Positions 20,363-29,655 of a stretch of 64,000 nucleotides of DNA are shown here, piece by piece. Both the position numbers and the translations under genes were made by a program. The notes under the pieces were generated by a model that was not told where the DNA came from, ran no database searches, and saw nothing but the letters and a program-made list of their open reading frames with translations. Position 1 is the stretch's first letter, and each line of letters opens with the position of its first letter. Source of the stretch: a plasmid; the sequence record NZ_CP096708.1; one strand, written 5' to 3'.

Positions 20363-20548
20363 GGGCGTTCCCTTCGGGACAGGCTTGTTGGCTTCGCTCG
20401 AACTCAAACCTAAAACGTTGGTCACAGTGTTTAAAATCTAGTTTCATGCATGGCATGAACCTGATTTTAATACACCGCAAAACCAACGTTTTTTACGCTT
20501 TGATTTCGCCCCTTCGGGCAACATCCCTAACGCTATAATCAAATACCT
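20363..20548 (+). repeat. Repeat family A, copy 2
   Basis: See 17286-17472. Confidence 0.85.
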
Positions 20549-20597
20549 GGTACGAATTTTATGCCTATTTGAAGCATAATTTTATATCAATAATATT

Positions 20598-20778
20598 GAG
20601 TCGCAACTCTGCGAGATTGCTCTGTAAAGGGCGTGTAGTGCCAAATAAAGGCAGTTGCGTTGCTGCGGTCAGCTCGACTTAATCACAGATTAAGTCGGCT
20701 TCGCTTGCAACCTGCAACGGTAATCAAGGAGGGAAGATACTTGAATTTCATCAGTTCGCAACGTAGACACGTTGCTCT
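20598..20778 (+). repeat. Repeat family B, copy 2
   Basis: See 17787-17967. Confidence 0.85.
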
Positions 20779-20889
20779 AGATTTTATGTCAAAAATTCAC
20801 AAATATAAGTCTCTGTTTTTACTGGTTTTATTTATTTATAAAATGCCTATAATATTGTTTTTTATGCTTTTTTTATTTATCTGATGTGA

Positions 20890-20926
20890 TATAATTAGAA
20901 TTAAGAAATTGGATAGGCTAATTTCT
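20890..20926 (+). promoter_or_regulatory. Promoter (TATAAT) plus box variant AATTGGATAGGCTAATTTC
   Basis: Third copy of the promoter/box. Confidence 0.45.
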
Positions 20927-20956
20927 TAATAGAGCTGAAAAGCTTAAGGTGAAAAT

Positions 20957-21268
20957 ATGAATACTTATACAAAAATTGCAATCAATTACTTCAAAAATTT
21001 GCTATCCGTTAGCGAACAAAATAACGGATTGAAATATTCAGAATCAATGCAAAACCCGAAGCACATAGCCTGTAATGAAACTACTTTTTTCATAACTCAA
21101 ATTGAAAATTCAATTGTAATTATCGACTGTGATCATGAAAGTTTTTTGCCGTATTCGATTGATGCCTGTTTAGATTTTACGTCTAACAGCGTTAAAGAAG
21201 CAGCAGAGAAAGCGATTGATTATTATTGTCAAATTCGTGATCACTATTTTGAATTAATTAATCAATAA
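20957..21268 (+). CDS. Hypothetical protein (103 aa)
   Basis: Hairpin-SD GAGCTGAAAAGCTTAAGGTG (20932-20951). Confidence 0.55.
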   Translation: MNTYTKIAINYFKNLLSVSEQNNGLKYSESMQNPKHIACNETTFFITQIENSIVIIDCDHESFLPYSIDACLDFTSNSVKEAAEKAIDYYCQIRDHYFELINQ

Positions 21269-21300
21269 GTTTATTTAGAGCCGACAGGCTTAAGGAGTTA

Positions 21301-21801
21301 ATGATGAAAAACTGGTTCAGTACAGCAGTAAAAAGTCTTGATGATTTAAAAAAAGAATATCGTAAATTATGCTTTAAGCATCATCCCGATATGGGTGGAA
21401 CAACTGAAGATATGCAGGCCATAAATTCAGAATACGAGCAACTTTTAAAAAAATTAATTAATCAAAAAGCTGATAGTAACTATTCGGATAAATCAACATT
21501 TTCAAACCGAGAGGAAGAGATAGAAGCAGAAATTAAGCTAAGAGAAGTTTTAGAAAAAATTGAAATTTTAGAGGGCTTAGAAATCGAGAAAATTGGATTA
21601 TGGTTATATGTTTCTGGCAACACAAAAGCTCATAAAGACAAGTTAAAAGAAGCAGGATTAAAATGGAACCATACGAGGAAACTATGGGTATATGTAGGTA
21701 CAGAAGCAAGAGGACGTGGTACAAAAGATATGGATGAGCTAAGAGCAAAATATGGAAATGAAAAATTTAAAACTCGATCAAAAATAAAGAAAATTGCTTA
21801 A
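21301..21801 (+). CDS. J-domain (DnaJ-like) protein (166 aa)
   Basis: YRKLCFKHHPDMGG carries the HPD tripeptide of J domains. Hairpin-SD GAGCCGACAGGCTTAAGGAG (21278-21297). Confidence 0.6.
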   Translation: MMKNWFSTAVKSLDDLKKEYRKLCFKHHPDMGGTTEDMQAINSEYEQLLKKLINQKADSNYSDKSTFSNREEEIEAEIKLREVLEKIEILEGLEIEKIGLWLYVSGNTKAHKDKLKEAGLKWNHTRKLWVYVGTEARGRGTKDMDELRAKYGNEKFKTRSKIKKIA

Positions 21802-21817
21802 CTATTTTCTACAAAAG

Positions 21818-21845
21818 AAGTCGTTTTAAACGGCTTTTTTTGTAT
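21818..21845 (+). terminator. Weak rho-independent terminator
   Basis: AGTCGTTTT-AAACGGCT stem followed by TTTTTTTG. Confidence 0.35.
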
Positions 21846-21875
21846 CAAACTGATTGAAAAAAATAGGGAAAATGT

Positions 21876-21910
21876 TATAATTTAATCAGGAAATCGGATA
21901 GGCTGATTTC
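21876..21910 (+). promoter_or_regulatory. Promoter (TATAAT) plus box GGAAATCGGATAGGCTGATTTC
   Basis: Fourth copy. Confidence 0.5.
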
Positions 21911-21945
21911 TTATTTATGAGCTGAAAAGCTTAAGGAGTTTTAAA

Positions 21946-22254
21946 ATGTCACTTGGTACTTCAATGACTGAAATAAAAGCATTATTTCAAAAATTCACTA
22001 ACTCAACTCTTAATGATGAAGAAAAAATTTATCTGAATACCACAGATAAAAAGGTTATCTTTACAGCATCAAAAATCATTACTCTTCAAATTTCAAAAAA
22101 TCGTATTGCTTATACAGAGTACGATATTTCAAATAAAGAAAAAATGAGAATTGTTGCAAAAGAGACTTTAAGTTTTAGTACATCACTAAGCTTTTTAGTG
22201 AAATTTCATTTTGCCAAAGTACATGCTGAAACAATAATCCAAGCAGCACAATAA
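21946..22254 (+). CDS. Hypothetical protein (102 aa)
   Basis: Hairpin-SD GAGCTGAAAAGCTTAAGGAG (21919-21938). Confidence 0.55.
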   Translation: MSLGTSMTEIKALFQKFTNSTLNDEEKIYLNTTDKKVIFTASKIITLQISKNRIAYTEYDISNKEKMRIVAKETLSFSTSLSFLVKFHFAKVHAETIIQAAQ

Positions 22255-22268
22255 TAGGAGTAGATAAA

Positions 22269-22300
22269 AATGGCTAGTAAATACTAGCCATTTTTTTTAT
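22269..22300. terminator. Bidirectional terminator AATGGCTAGTA-AAT-ACTAGCCATT followed by T8
   Basis: 11-bp perfect stem flanked by A/T runs. Confidence 0.7.
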
Positions 22301-22674
22301 TGCTTAAATATTTTTACAACTTCACTAATTTTAGATTTCCAAACTTTCGGGCTAACATCTAACAAGCCATTTTTTTCAAGAATAGAAACTACTGAATCAA
22401 CAGTTTTTTTACGTGCTTCTTTGATTTCCTCTTCTAATGCCTGCTCCAATAATTCGATTTCTTTAACCAAACTTTGTTTTTTATTTAGCAGTTTTTGAGC
22501 TTTAGGCGAAAGGTAACTATGTTCTATTTTTTCAGCTTCATCCTGTTTATTGCTGGTCTTATTTTCTTCAATATTAGAAGTAGCATTGTCAGCAGATTGA
22601 CTTACAGAATTTTGTGAATCCTGTGGATTTGTAGCAGTGACTGTATTCATATTTTTTCCATCAAGTTGATACAA
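22297..22674 (-). CDS. Coiled-coil protein (125 aa), divergent from oriT region
   Basis: ORF with RBS. Low-complexity N-terminus and coiled-coil C-terminus. Confidence 0.4.
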   Translation of the reverse strand: MYQLDGKNMNTVTATNPQDSQNSVSQSADNATSNIEENKTSNKQDEAEKIEHSYLSPKAQKLLNKKQSLVKEIELLEQALEEEIKEARKKTVDSVVSILEKNGLLDVSPKVWKSKISEVVKIFKQ

Positions 22675-22699
22675 AAATCATTATAAGCATAATCCAAAA

Positions 22700-23190
22700 T
22701 TCTATTTTTTGTATAGAGCTAAAATTCTTGCACCGTAGCAACATACAATTTTTAAAATTTCGAATATTAATAAATGGGCGGGACAACCCGCAAAAAAAAG
22801 CGTCACACACCACGCACCTATCGGTGCTTCGGCTCAAGCCTATGCTGTACAAGGGTTATAGGCTAAAAAAGAGTAAAAGATCTGTGTATACGTAAAACGT
22901 ATAATTAAATAGCTATGTATATGAAACGTAGGAGATTATAGCGTATACAAACTATGGTTTAGATGTTTACCAAAATAACTAAAAACTATAAGTAACTGAT
23001 TGATAATAATAATTTAATCATGTAAACAGATAATGCAACTCTAAATATTATTTTTATGATCTTAAGTATTTGTAAAATAAAGAGAATATAGCGTTTACGC
23101 ATATCTTCTTATGAAGCTCACATTTTTTTCTCAGTTTAATCTTTGCTAATATTAAAAAATCAATCAAAGTGATACAAAAAATATTATTTA
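22700..23190. promoter_or_regulatory. Candidate oriT: AT-rich non-coding region with IRs GCGGGACAACCCGC, GCACCTATCGGTGC, TATACGTAAAACGTATA and repeated TATAGCGT(A/T)TAC
   Basis: Lies immediately upstream of the accessory protein, coupling protein and MobF relaxase genes, all transcribed away from it. Confidence 0.45.
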
Positions 23191-23227
23191 TTTTTTGTTT
23201 TTTATCTCAAAAAAAGAGGTCAAATTT

Positions 23228-23698
23228 ATGTCTAAAGATGAACTTGTTCCAATGGGTACAAGAGTGCCCCCAGGCATTAAGAAAGCATATATAGAAGCAG
23301 CGAGAAACAGTGGTTTAACGCCAGCAGAATTTCATAGAAATGTTCTTATAAATAATCTTTCTTTAGAGAGAGTCAAGTTACTAACAGATGAGTTATCACA
23401 TCAAATCTCTTCAATGATGGAATATATGGATAACTCATTTAAAACACATCTAGAAAAGATTGATCAACGACTAGAAGTCTATGAATCATCCATAAAACAA
23501 ACAGTAATTGATAATGCGAGTTCTGAACATTCAGAAGTAATACTGACTTGCTTATTTCTTCTAGCAGCAACTCATTACAGGAATTTAGATACAGTTCTTG
23601 ATTTCAATAAGAGACAAGTTGCAGGCCAAACACTCTTTGACTCAATTCATTCAGAAGCCAAACAAACCGTTAAGAAAAAAACCAAGACGGCTGCTTAA
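23228..23698 (+). CDS. Putative relaxosome accessory protein (about 156 aa; TrwA/TraM-like role inferred from position)
   Basis: First gene of the traD-traI operon. Start taken at MSKDELV, after RBS AAAGAGG. Confidence 0.4.
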   Translation: MSKDELVPMGTRVPPGIKKAYIEAARNSGLTPAEFHRNVLINNLSLERVKLLTDELSHQISSMMEYMDNSFKTHLEKIDQRLEVYESSIKQTVIDNASSEHSEVILTCLFLLAATHYRNLDTVLDFNKRQVAGQTLFDSIHSEAKQTVKKKTKTAA

Positions 23699-23716
23699 AA
23701 AGCTGGAGTAGAATAC

Positions 23717-25849
23717 ATGAAAGCAAAAAATAATAACGGCCTTATAGAATTTACTCGTGGATCCGAAATATGGATTCATCAGTTCAAGATGTTCATTTCA
23801 AGTGTAATGAATGTGATTCTTTTTGGCGTGTGTGCAACACTTTGTATCGTTGCTTTATACCTCTATCTAAAATTAGATCAATCACATTTAGTGGCCGTTA
23901 GTGTCCAATGGGATATTCTAATACGACACGTGTTTTCTAATACTGAATCAAAGATCCCCCTTAAAATTAATGGTGCTATGCATGAGTACACCATCCAAGA
24001 AGCTCAGAGAATAATTGATCCATATTTTGCACAATTCAAGTCCTATGTTTTCAAGTCACTTCTACTTGGTTTACTAAGTAGTGTCATGTTAATTGTTGGA
24101 TTAATTTATTACTGGTTTTCCTATGGAAAACAGGTAATGGCAGATGAACAGATACGAGGATCTGAGCTAAAATCAAATCAAGAATTGATTAATAAAATTA
24201 GAGATAATGGTGGATTTAGCCCATATAAATTAACTGGCGTACCACTTAAAAAAAATACTGAAGGAACAAATATTGGTGTAATTGGATCGCCTGGTTCTGG
24301 TAAGTCACAAGTCTTCCGTGATGTGATTTCTCAAGTAAGAAGTCGTCAAAGAAAGGCAATTATTTATGACCCTTCTGGTGAATTTACTCAGGAATTTTAT
24401 CGACCTGGAGTAGATATAATTCTAAATCCTTTTGATGCACGAATGCCTTTTTGGAGTCCTTATCTTGAAGTTGAGCATGAAGAGCATTTTGATAGTATTG
24501 CAAAAGCATTCATCCCTGTAGTTTCGAAAGAACCTTATTTTGAATCTGCTGCACAAGCTGTTTTTTCTGAGATTATGCGTGAACTTTATAATCAAGGTGA
24601 TAAAACAAATAGATCTATTTATGACACAGTTTCTTTATCTACAGTTAGCGAAATTCACTCTCTGTTAGAAGGTACACCAGCAGCTAAGCATGTCGATCCT
24701 AAAAATGAAAAAACAGTGCTTGGCGTACTTTCAACAGTTCAAACTAAACTTGCTGTATTTCGTTATTTACCAGACTCAGGAGAGCCTTTTTCTATACGCC
24801 AATGGGTAAAAAAATCTGAAGAGGATTCATGTATATTTTTATCTATTCGAGAAGAACAAAAGACAACAATTGAGCCATTAATTGCTCTTTGGTTTTCGGT
24901 CTTTATTAAATCCGTTATGAACTTGCCAGCAATACACAAAGAGTTACTTTGGTTGTTTTGTGATGAGATTCCAACTTTGCCACGGATGGATGACATACCA
25001 ATGTCATTAACGAATACTCGAAAATACGGCTTATGTCATATGCTTGGCTTTCAGGATTTGCCACAGCTCGATAGTAAGTATGGCGATAAGATTGCTCAGT
25101 CAATGTTATCTGCATTACAGACAAAAATATTTATGCGTGTTAATGAAAACAATACTGCTAAACGTATGTCTGAAATATTGGGACAAATGGAAGTAGCAGA
25201 AAAAAATCAATCACGGTCTATGGGTATTGAATCTAGTAGAGATGGAGATAGTTTTATTACACAAAGACGCGAACGTTTCATTGTGATGCCATCGGAAATT
25301 ATGCGACTTCCTGACCTTAAAGGTTACTTAAGAATCCCTGGAGATTTTCCAGTAACTTTAGTTCAACAAACCTATCACCCACATACAAAAAATCAACCTC
25401 CACTTGTTCTGCGTGAGAGTCTAAGTGCTATGGCAATTCTTACAAGTAACGATGATGTAGAGGAAGAAATAGATCATTCTAGTAATGGTATTTATGATCA
25501 AGTTTTAAGTCAAAATAATGATTTTTTAGCTCAGGATTCATCATACGATCATAGGCAAGAAGCTGATTATCTAGAGCCAGAATCTCAAGATGTCTATCAA
25601 GAAACATCCAATGAACAAAATGTATCTCAATCAGTTCATGACGATAAAACTGGTGAATATGAAGATCAAAATTATCATGATGAGCTTGATGAAAAAAAGA
25701 AAGATACGAGTAGATTAGCTTCATTTAAAAAGTATGAAAATGAGGATAGTTCCAGCCAAGTTGATACATCATCACAGTCAACAAGTGAGTCAACTAATAA
25801 CTCCAATGGTGACTTATTTTCAAACTACTTTGGCGACAACAATAATTAA
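23717..25849 (+). CDS. traD: Type IV coupling protein TraD/TrwB (VirD4 family, 710 aa)
   Basis: N-terminal TM helices. Walker A GSPGSGKSQ. Acidic, S/Q-rich C-terminal tail. Confidence 0.85.
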   Translation: MKAKNNNGLIEFTRGSEIWIHQFKMFISSVMNVILFGVCATLCIVALYLYLKLDQSHLVAVSVQWDILIRHVFSNTESKIPLKINGAMHEYTIQEAQRIIDPYFAQFKSYVFKSLLLGLLSSVMLIVGLIYYWFSYGKQVMADEQIRGSELKSNQELINKIRDNGGFSPYKLTGVPLKKNTEGTNIGVIGSPGSGKSQVFRDVISQVRSRQRKAIIYDPSGEFTQEFYRPGVDIILNPFDARMPFWSPYLEVEHEEHFDSIAKAFIPVVSKEPYFESAAQAVFSEIMRELYNQGDKTNRSIYDTVSLSTVSEIHSLLEGTPAAKHVDPKNEKTVLGVLSTVQTKLAVFRYLPDSGEPFSIRQWVKKSEEDSCIFLSIREEQKTTIEPLIALWFSVFIKSVMNLPAIHKELLWLFCDEIPTLPRMDDIPMSLTNTRKYGLCHMLGFQDLPQLDSKYGDKIAQSMLSALQTKIFMRVNENNTAKRMSEILGQMEVAEKNQSRSMGIESSRDGDSFITQRRERFIVMPSEIMRLPDLKGYLRIPGDFPVTLVQQTYHPHTKNQPPLVLRESLSAMAILTSNDDVEEEIDHSSNGIYDQVLSQNNDFLAQDSSYDHRQEADYLEPESQDVYQETSNEQNVSQSVHDDKTGEYEDQNYHDELDEKKKDTSRLASFKKYENEDSSSQVDTSSQSTSESTNNSNGDLFSNYFGDNNN

Positions 25850-25861
25850 AGCGAGGGAAAT

Positions 25862-28800
25862 ATGATAGGTGTCAATAATGTTTCTGAGACAGGACAAGCG
25901 TTAAAATATTATCAACTTGATAACTATTATACGAATAGTCAGCAGGCTTTAGATCAGACTGAATGGTATGGTCAAGGAGCGCAGATACTTGGTATTGAAG
26001 GAGAGCAAGTTGATTCTAAAACGTTTGCAGATCTTCTAAATGGAAAGATTGATGATCAGCAGTTAGGCAGAGTTAGAGTCGATGATCAAGGTAATAAATA
26101 CATAGAGCACAGAGCAGCTATGGATATTACTTTTAGTGCACCGAAGTCAGTATCTATTCTTGCTGAAGTTTATCAAAATCAGGATGTTTTAGAAGCACAT
26201 CAAAATGCAGTCAAAGAAACATTATCGACTATTGAGGAGAATTTTGTTCAGACAAGATTAAGTGAAGATGGACAAAAACAAAAAGTTGATAGTGATAATT
26301 TAATAGTTGCTCTCTTTAATCATAATACTAGTCGTGCATTGGATCCTCAAACTCATACCCATGCTGTAGTTATGAATGCAACATTTAATGATAAAGATAC
26401 TTGGTCAAGTATAAGTAATGAAGCAATTTATGCAAATCAGTCAGTAATTGGTTCAATTTACAATGCTAACTTGGCTAATAATTTAAAGGAATTAGGTCTA
26501 GATCTTGAAGTAAAAGATAACAAAGGTAATTTTGAAATTGCGGGATTTTCTCCTGAAGTATTAGAAGAATTTTCGCAACGTAGAAAACAAATTATTGATA
26601 GCCTCAGTGATCGTGGTATTGATATTGGAGACGCACCAGCCAGCTTACGTGAACAGGCAGCACTAAAAACGAGAGATCGAAAGAAAGGGTTTGATGAGCA
26701 AGAGCTTAGAGAAAGCTGGAAATCTAGAGCTAGTGAACTTGGGATTTCTGATAAATTTATTGACGACATTAGATTACAAATTAGAGAAAATAAGTTAATT
26801 GCGGATCCGCAACTAGGAAAAGAAACTCAACCTGAAGAAGTTCAGGATCCACAGAAAATACCACAGACGAGAGATAATCAACTGGATCAACCTGAAGTAG
26901 CTCAAGATCCACAGAAAGTACCACAGACGAGAGATAATCAACTGGATCAACCTGAAGTAGCTCAAGATCCACAGAAAGTACCACAGATGAGAGATAATCA
27001 ACTGGATCAGCCTGAAGTAGCTCAAGATCCACAGAAAGTACTACAGACGAGAGATAATCAACTGGATCAGCCTAAATCAACCCAAGAACCAGAAAATCAA
27101 AAACCTAATAGAGTACGTCCACCTAAAAGAGATAAACCACCAATTGTGATTTCCGAAAAAACCAAGGAAGCAGTTTTTTATTCTATTGGGCATCACACAG
27201 AACGTGAAATGATGATTAATGAAAATAAGATCATAGATACAGCAATGAAAGTTGCTGTAGGTGAAACAGACTTTTTGCAAGTTAAAGCTGAACTGGATAG
27301 GTTGAAGAAAGCCAATATTATTATTCAGGTAGGAAATAGGATAACAACAAAAAAACTAGCTACTGATGAAGTATGGTCACTTGAACACATAAAATCAGAG
27401 AAAGGGAGTATGAGTCCAATACTCAATGAGAAAGCTATTAAGGACAGAATTAACCAGGAAGAAAAACTTAGAGGGAAGCAGTACACAGCAGGACAAAGAG
27501 ATAGTATTGAGACGATTTTAACTTCTGACAGTAGATATGTTGCAGTAGATGGATTAGCAGGTACGGGTAAAACTACTCTCTTACATACTATTAATAAAAT
27601 TGCGAGTGAAAACGGATTTATAGTAAGAGGAATGGCAGCTACTGGTGTTGCAGCAAAGAACTTGGAAATGGAGACAGGAATAGAGTCTAAAACAATTGCC
27701 ATGTTCCAATTTAAAGCTAATGATCTACTTAAACAGGCAATGGAGCAAGGCGTTGAAAATCGCAAACCTGAAATCTGGATTATAGATGAATCAAGTTTTG
27801 TTGGTCAGAATAGCTTTAAGGAAATTTTGAGCTTATCAAAACAACTAAATACAAGAGTTGTATTTTTAGGCGATAAAAACCAGTTACAAGCAATTAATGC
27901 AGGTAAACCTTTTGAATTAGCTCAAAATACAAATTCTATAGACTTGGCAAAAATGCATAATATTTTGCGTCAAAAGAATCAGGAATTAAAAGATGTTGTA
28001 ACGTTGGTAGTAGCTAAAAATGATAAAGGAGAAATTGATCTTAGTAAAAATGCTGAAGCATTTGACTTATTGGATTCGCAAAAAAGAATACATGAATTTG
28101 GAAGTGTTCAATCTGGTAAAAATAAAGGGGTAAAAAGTCAGCTAAATGATAATGAAGATATACATCTTGTTCACAAAGAATTAATTAAAAGCTATATGTC
28201 AAATGATGCTAAAGGACGACAAGAAAGTTTAATTATTACTCCATTTAACTCGGATCGTGTTGTTTTGAATGCATTGGTAAGAGAGGAAATGAGGAAGGCA
28301 AATGAACTTCATGGGCCTGATAGTGAATTTTCCATTCTTATCAATACAAATTACACAGAACCTCAAAGAAGTTTACAAGCAAACTATGAGCGAGGAATGG
28401 TAGTTAGATTTCAAAAAAACTATGCAGATAAAGATGGTCAAAATAAAATCTTTAAAGGCCAATATTTAAAAGTTTTGATGAAAAATAAAGACGGTACTCT
28501 AACATTGGAAGATAAAGACAAGAATCAGTTTCAATGGAATCCAAAGAAAAAGAGTAATAGTGTAGAAGTGTATAAAGAAGAAAATCGCAAGGTAGCAATT
28601 GGAGATACAGTCAGATTTACCAGAACTAAAGAAGAAGAAGATATAAAAAATGGTGAACGTTATAAGATTAAAGGCTTAACCGAAGATCATGTGAAAATTG
28701 AAGATCAAGCGGGAAACGAAAAGCTAATAGATAAAGGTGATTTTAAACACTGGGATTATGGTTACAGTAATACAGTATATTCATCACAAGGGTTAACAAA

Positions 28801-29101
28801 AGGCAATGTATTCTTATTGCTCAACAGTCGAAAAATCGCTAAAGATTTAAATGACGATAAGGCTGCTACTAAGGTGCTAGGTAAAGCTTTTGGTACACGT
28901 TCTTTCTATGTGGCGGTAACACGAGAAGAGCATAACTTGCAAGTTTTTACTGATAACAAGAATGCATCACGACAGGCCATAACATTTAAACAAGATAAGT
29001 CTAGTTTTGTTGAAGCTATTCAAAAAGCAAATATCGAAATTCCAACGCATTTGTTAGAAAATGAAGAATTGCAACAAGCAAAATATGAGATTGATAGATA
29101 G
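25862..29101 (+). CDS. traI: MobF relaxase-helicase TraI/TrwC (1079 aa)
   Basis: Relaxase histidine triad HTHAVVMN. C-terminal helicase Walker A GLAGTGKTT. Confidence 0.85.
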   Translation: MIGVNNVSETGQALKYYQLDNYYTNSQQALDQTEWYGQGAQILGIEGEQVDSKTFADLLNGKIDDQQLGRVRVDDQGNKYIEHRAAMDITFSAPKSVSILAEVYQNQDVLEAHQNAVKETLSTIEENFVQTRLSEDGQKQKVDSDNLIVALFNHNTSRALDPQTHTHAVVMNATFNDKDTWSSISNEAIYANQSVIGSIYNANLANNLKELGLDLEVKDNKGNFEIAGFSPEVLEEFSQRRKQIIDSLSDRGIDIGDAPASLREQAALKTRDRKKGFDEQELRESWKSRASELGISDKFIDDIRLQIRENKLIADPQLGKETQPEEVQDPQKIPQTRDNQLDQPEVAQDPQKVPQTRDNQLDQPEVAQDPQKVPQMRDNQLDQPEVAQDPQKVLQTRDNQLDQPKSTQEPENQKPNRVRPPKRDKPPIVISEKTKEAVFYSIGHHTEREMMINENKIIDTAMKVAVGETDFLQVKAELDRLKKANIIIQVGNRITTKKLATDEVWSLEHIKSEKGSMSPILNEKAIKDRINQEEKLRGKQYTAGQRDSIETILTSDSRYVAVDGLAGTGKTTLLHTINKIASENGFIVRGMAATGVAAKNLEMETGIESKTIAMFQFKANDLLKQAMEQGVENRKPEIWIIDESSFVGQNSFKEILSLSKQLNTRVVFLGDKNQLQAINAGKPFELAQNTNSIDLAKMHNILRQKNQELKDVVTLVVAKNDKGEIDLSKNAEAFDLLDSQKRIHEFGSVQSGKNKGVKSQLNDNEDIHLVHKELIKSYMSNDAKGRQESLIITPFNSDRVVLNALVREEMRKANELHGPDSEFSILINTNYTEPQRSLQANYERGMVVRFQKNYADKDGQNKIFKGQYLKVLMKNKDGTLTLEDKDKNQFQWNPKKKSNSVEVYKEENRKVAIGDTVRFTRTKEEEDIKNGERYKIKGLTEDHVKIEDQAGNEKLIDKGDFKHWDYGYSNTVYSSQGLTKGNVFLLLNSRKIAKDLNDDKAATKVLGKAFGTRSFYVAVTREEHNLQVFTDNKNASRQAITFKQDKSSFVEAIQKANIEIPTHLLENEELQQAKYEIDR
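26831..27070 (+). repeat. Four in-frame tandem 60-bp repeats (DPQKVPQTRDNQLDQPEVAQ) inside traI linker
   Basis: Four consecutive near-identical 60-mers. Confidence 0.9.
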
Positions 29102-29180
29102 CAAAAAGGCGGTAGGTTTTTGTTATCTCTCGAAAAGTGGTATAGTTGGATTACGATTTTTCATATTGAGGTAGGCAAAC

Positions 29181-29615
29181 ATGACGGTTACGGAAAATGC
29201 AACCATGAAAAATGTTAGCAATCGTATCTATGAAGATCGGGAAGCTATACAACTTTTGATCAATCCAACTTACAAGTATTTGCTAACAGTATATTCAAGG
29301 AAAAAGGAATTACCTTTTAATTATGTACTCAGTTATCTCGTTGGTAATGCTGTGAATGATCCTGATTTATTGTCGGAAATAAAACGCATCCAGCCCCAAT
29401 TCAAAGGTGTTAAAGGGAAAAACACACCTTTTAGATTAGATACTGAGATAGCTAAACGCTTCAAAGAAGTTGCAAAAACTCAAAAAGGTGACTTGTATTC
29501 AAGCTTTGTGAACGCAGCTATTTATTATTTTCTAAAGCATGGTGATTTTGAAAAAATGCCAGAGCTACAGGCTTTGATCAATAACGAGATCAACACTGAA
29601 GAAAAGCCTAGTTAA
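29181..29615 (+). CDS. Hypothetical protein (144 aa)
   Basis: ORF with RBS GAGGTAGGC. Confidence 0.45.
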   Translation: MTVTENATMKNVSNRIYEDREAIQLLINPTYKYLLTVYSRKKELPFNYVLSYLVGNAVNDPDLLSEIKRIQPQFKGVKGKNTPFRLDTEIAKRFKEVAKTQKGDLYSSFVNAAIYYFLKHGDFEKMPELQALINNEINTEEKPS

Positions 29616-29655
29616 TAGGCTTTTTTTCTAACTCAATTTCATAATCCCAGGTTGT

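Noticed and set aside
20660-20884. 74-aa ORF spanning repeat B copy 2.
   Set aside because: Its N-terminal two-thirds is just the translation of the repeated structured element. It is not conserved in the other copies.
26831-27070. Possible CRISPR array (regular 60-bp repeats).
   Set aside because: The repeats are contiguous with no spacers. They are in frame within traI and encode a repeated peptide.
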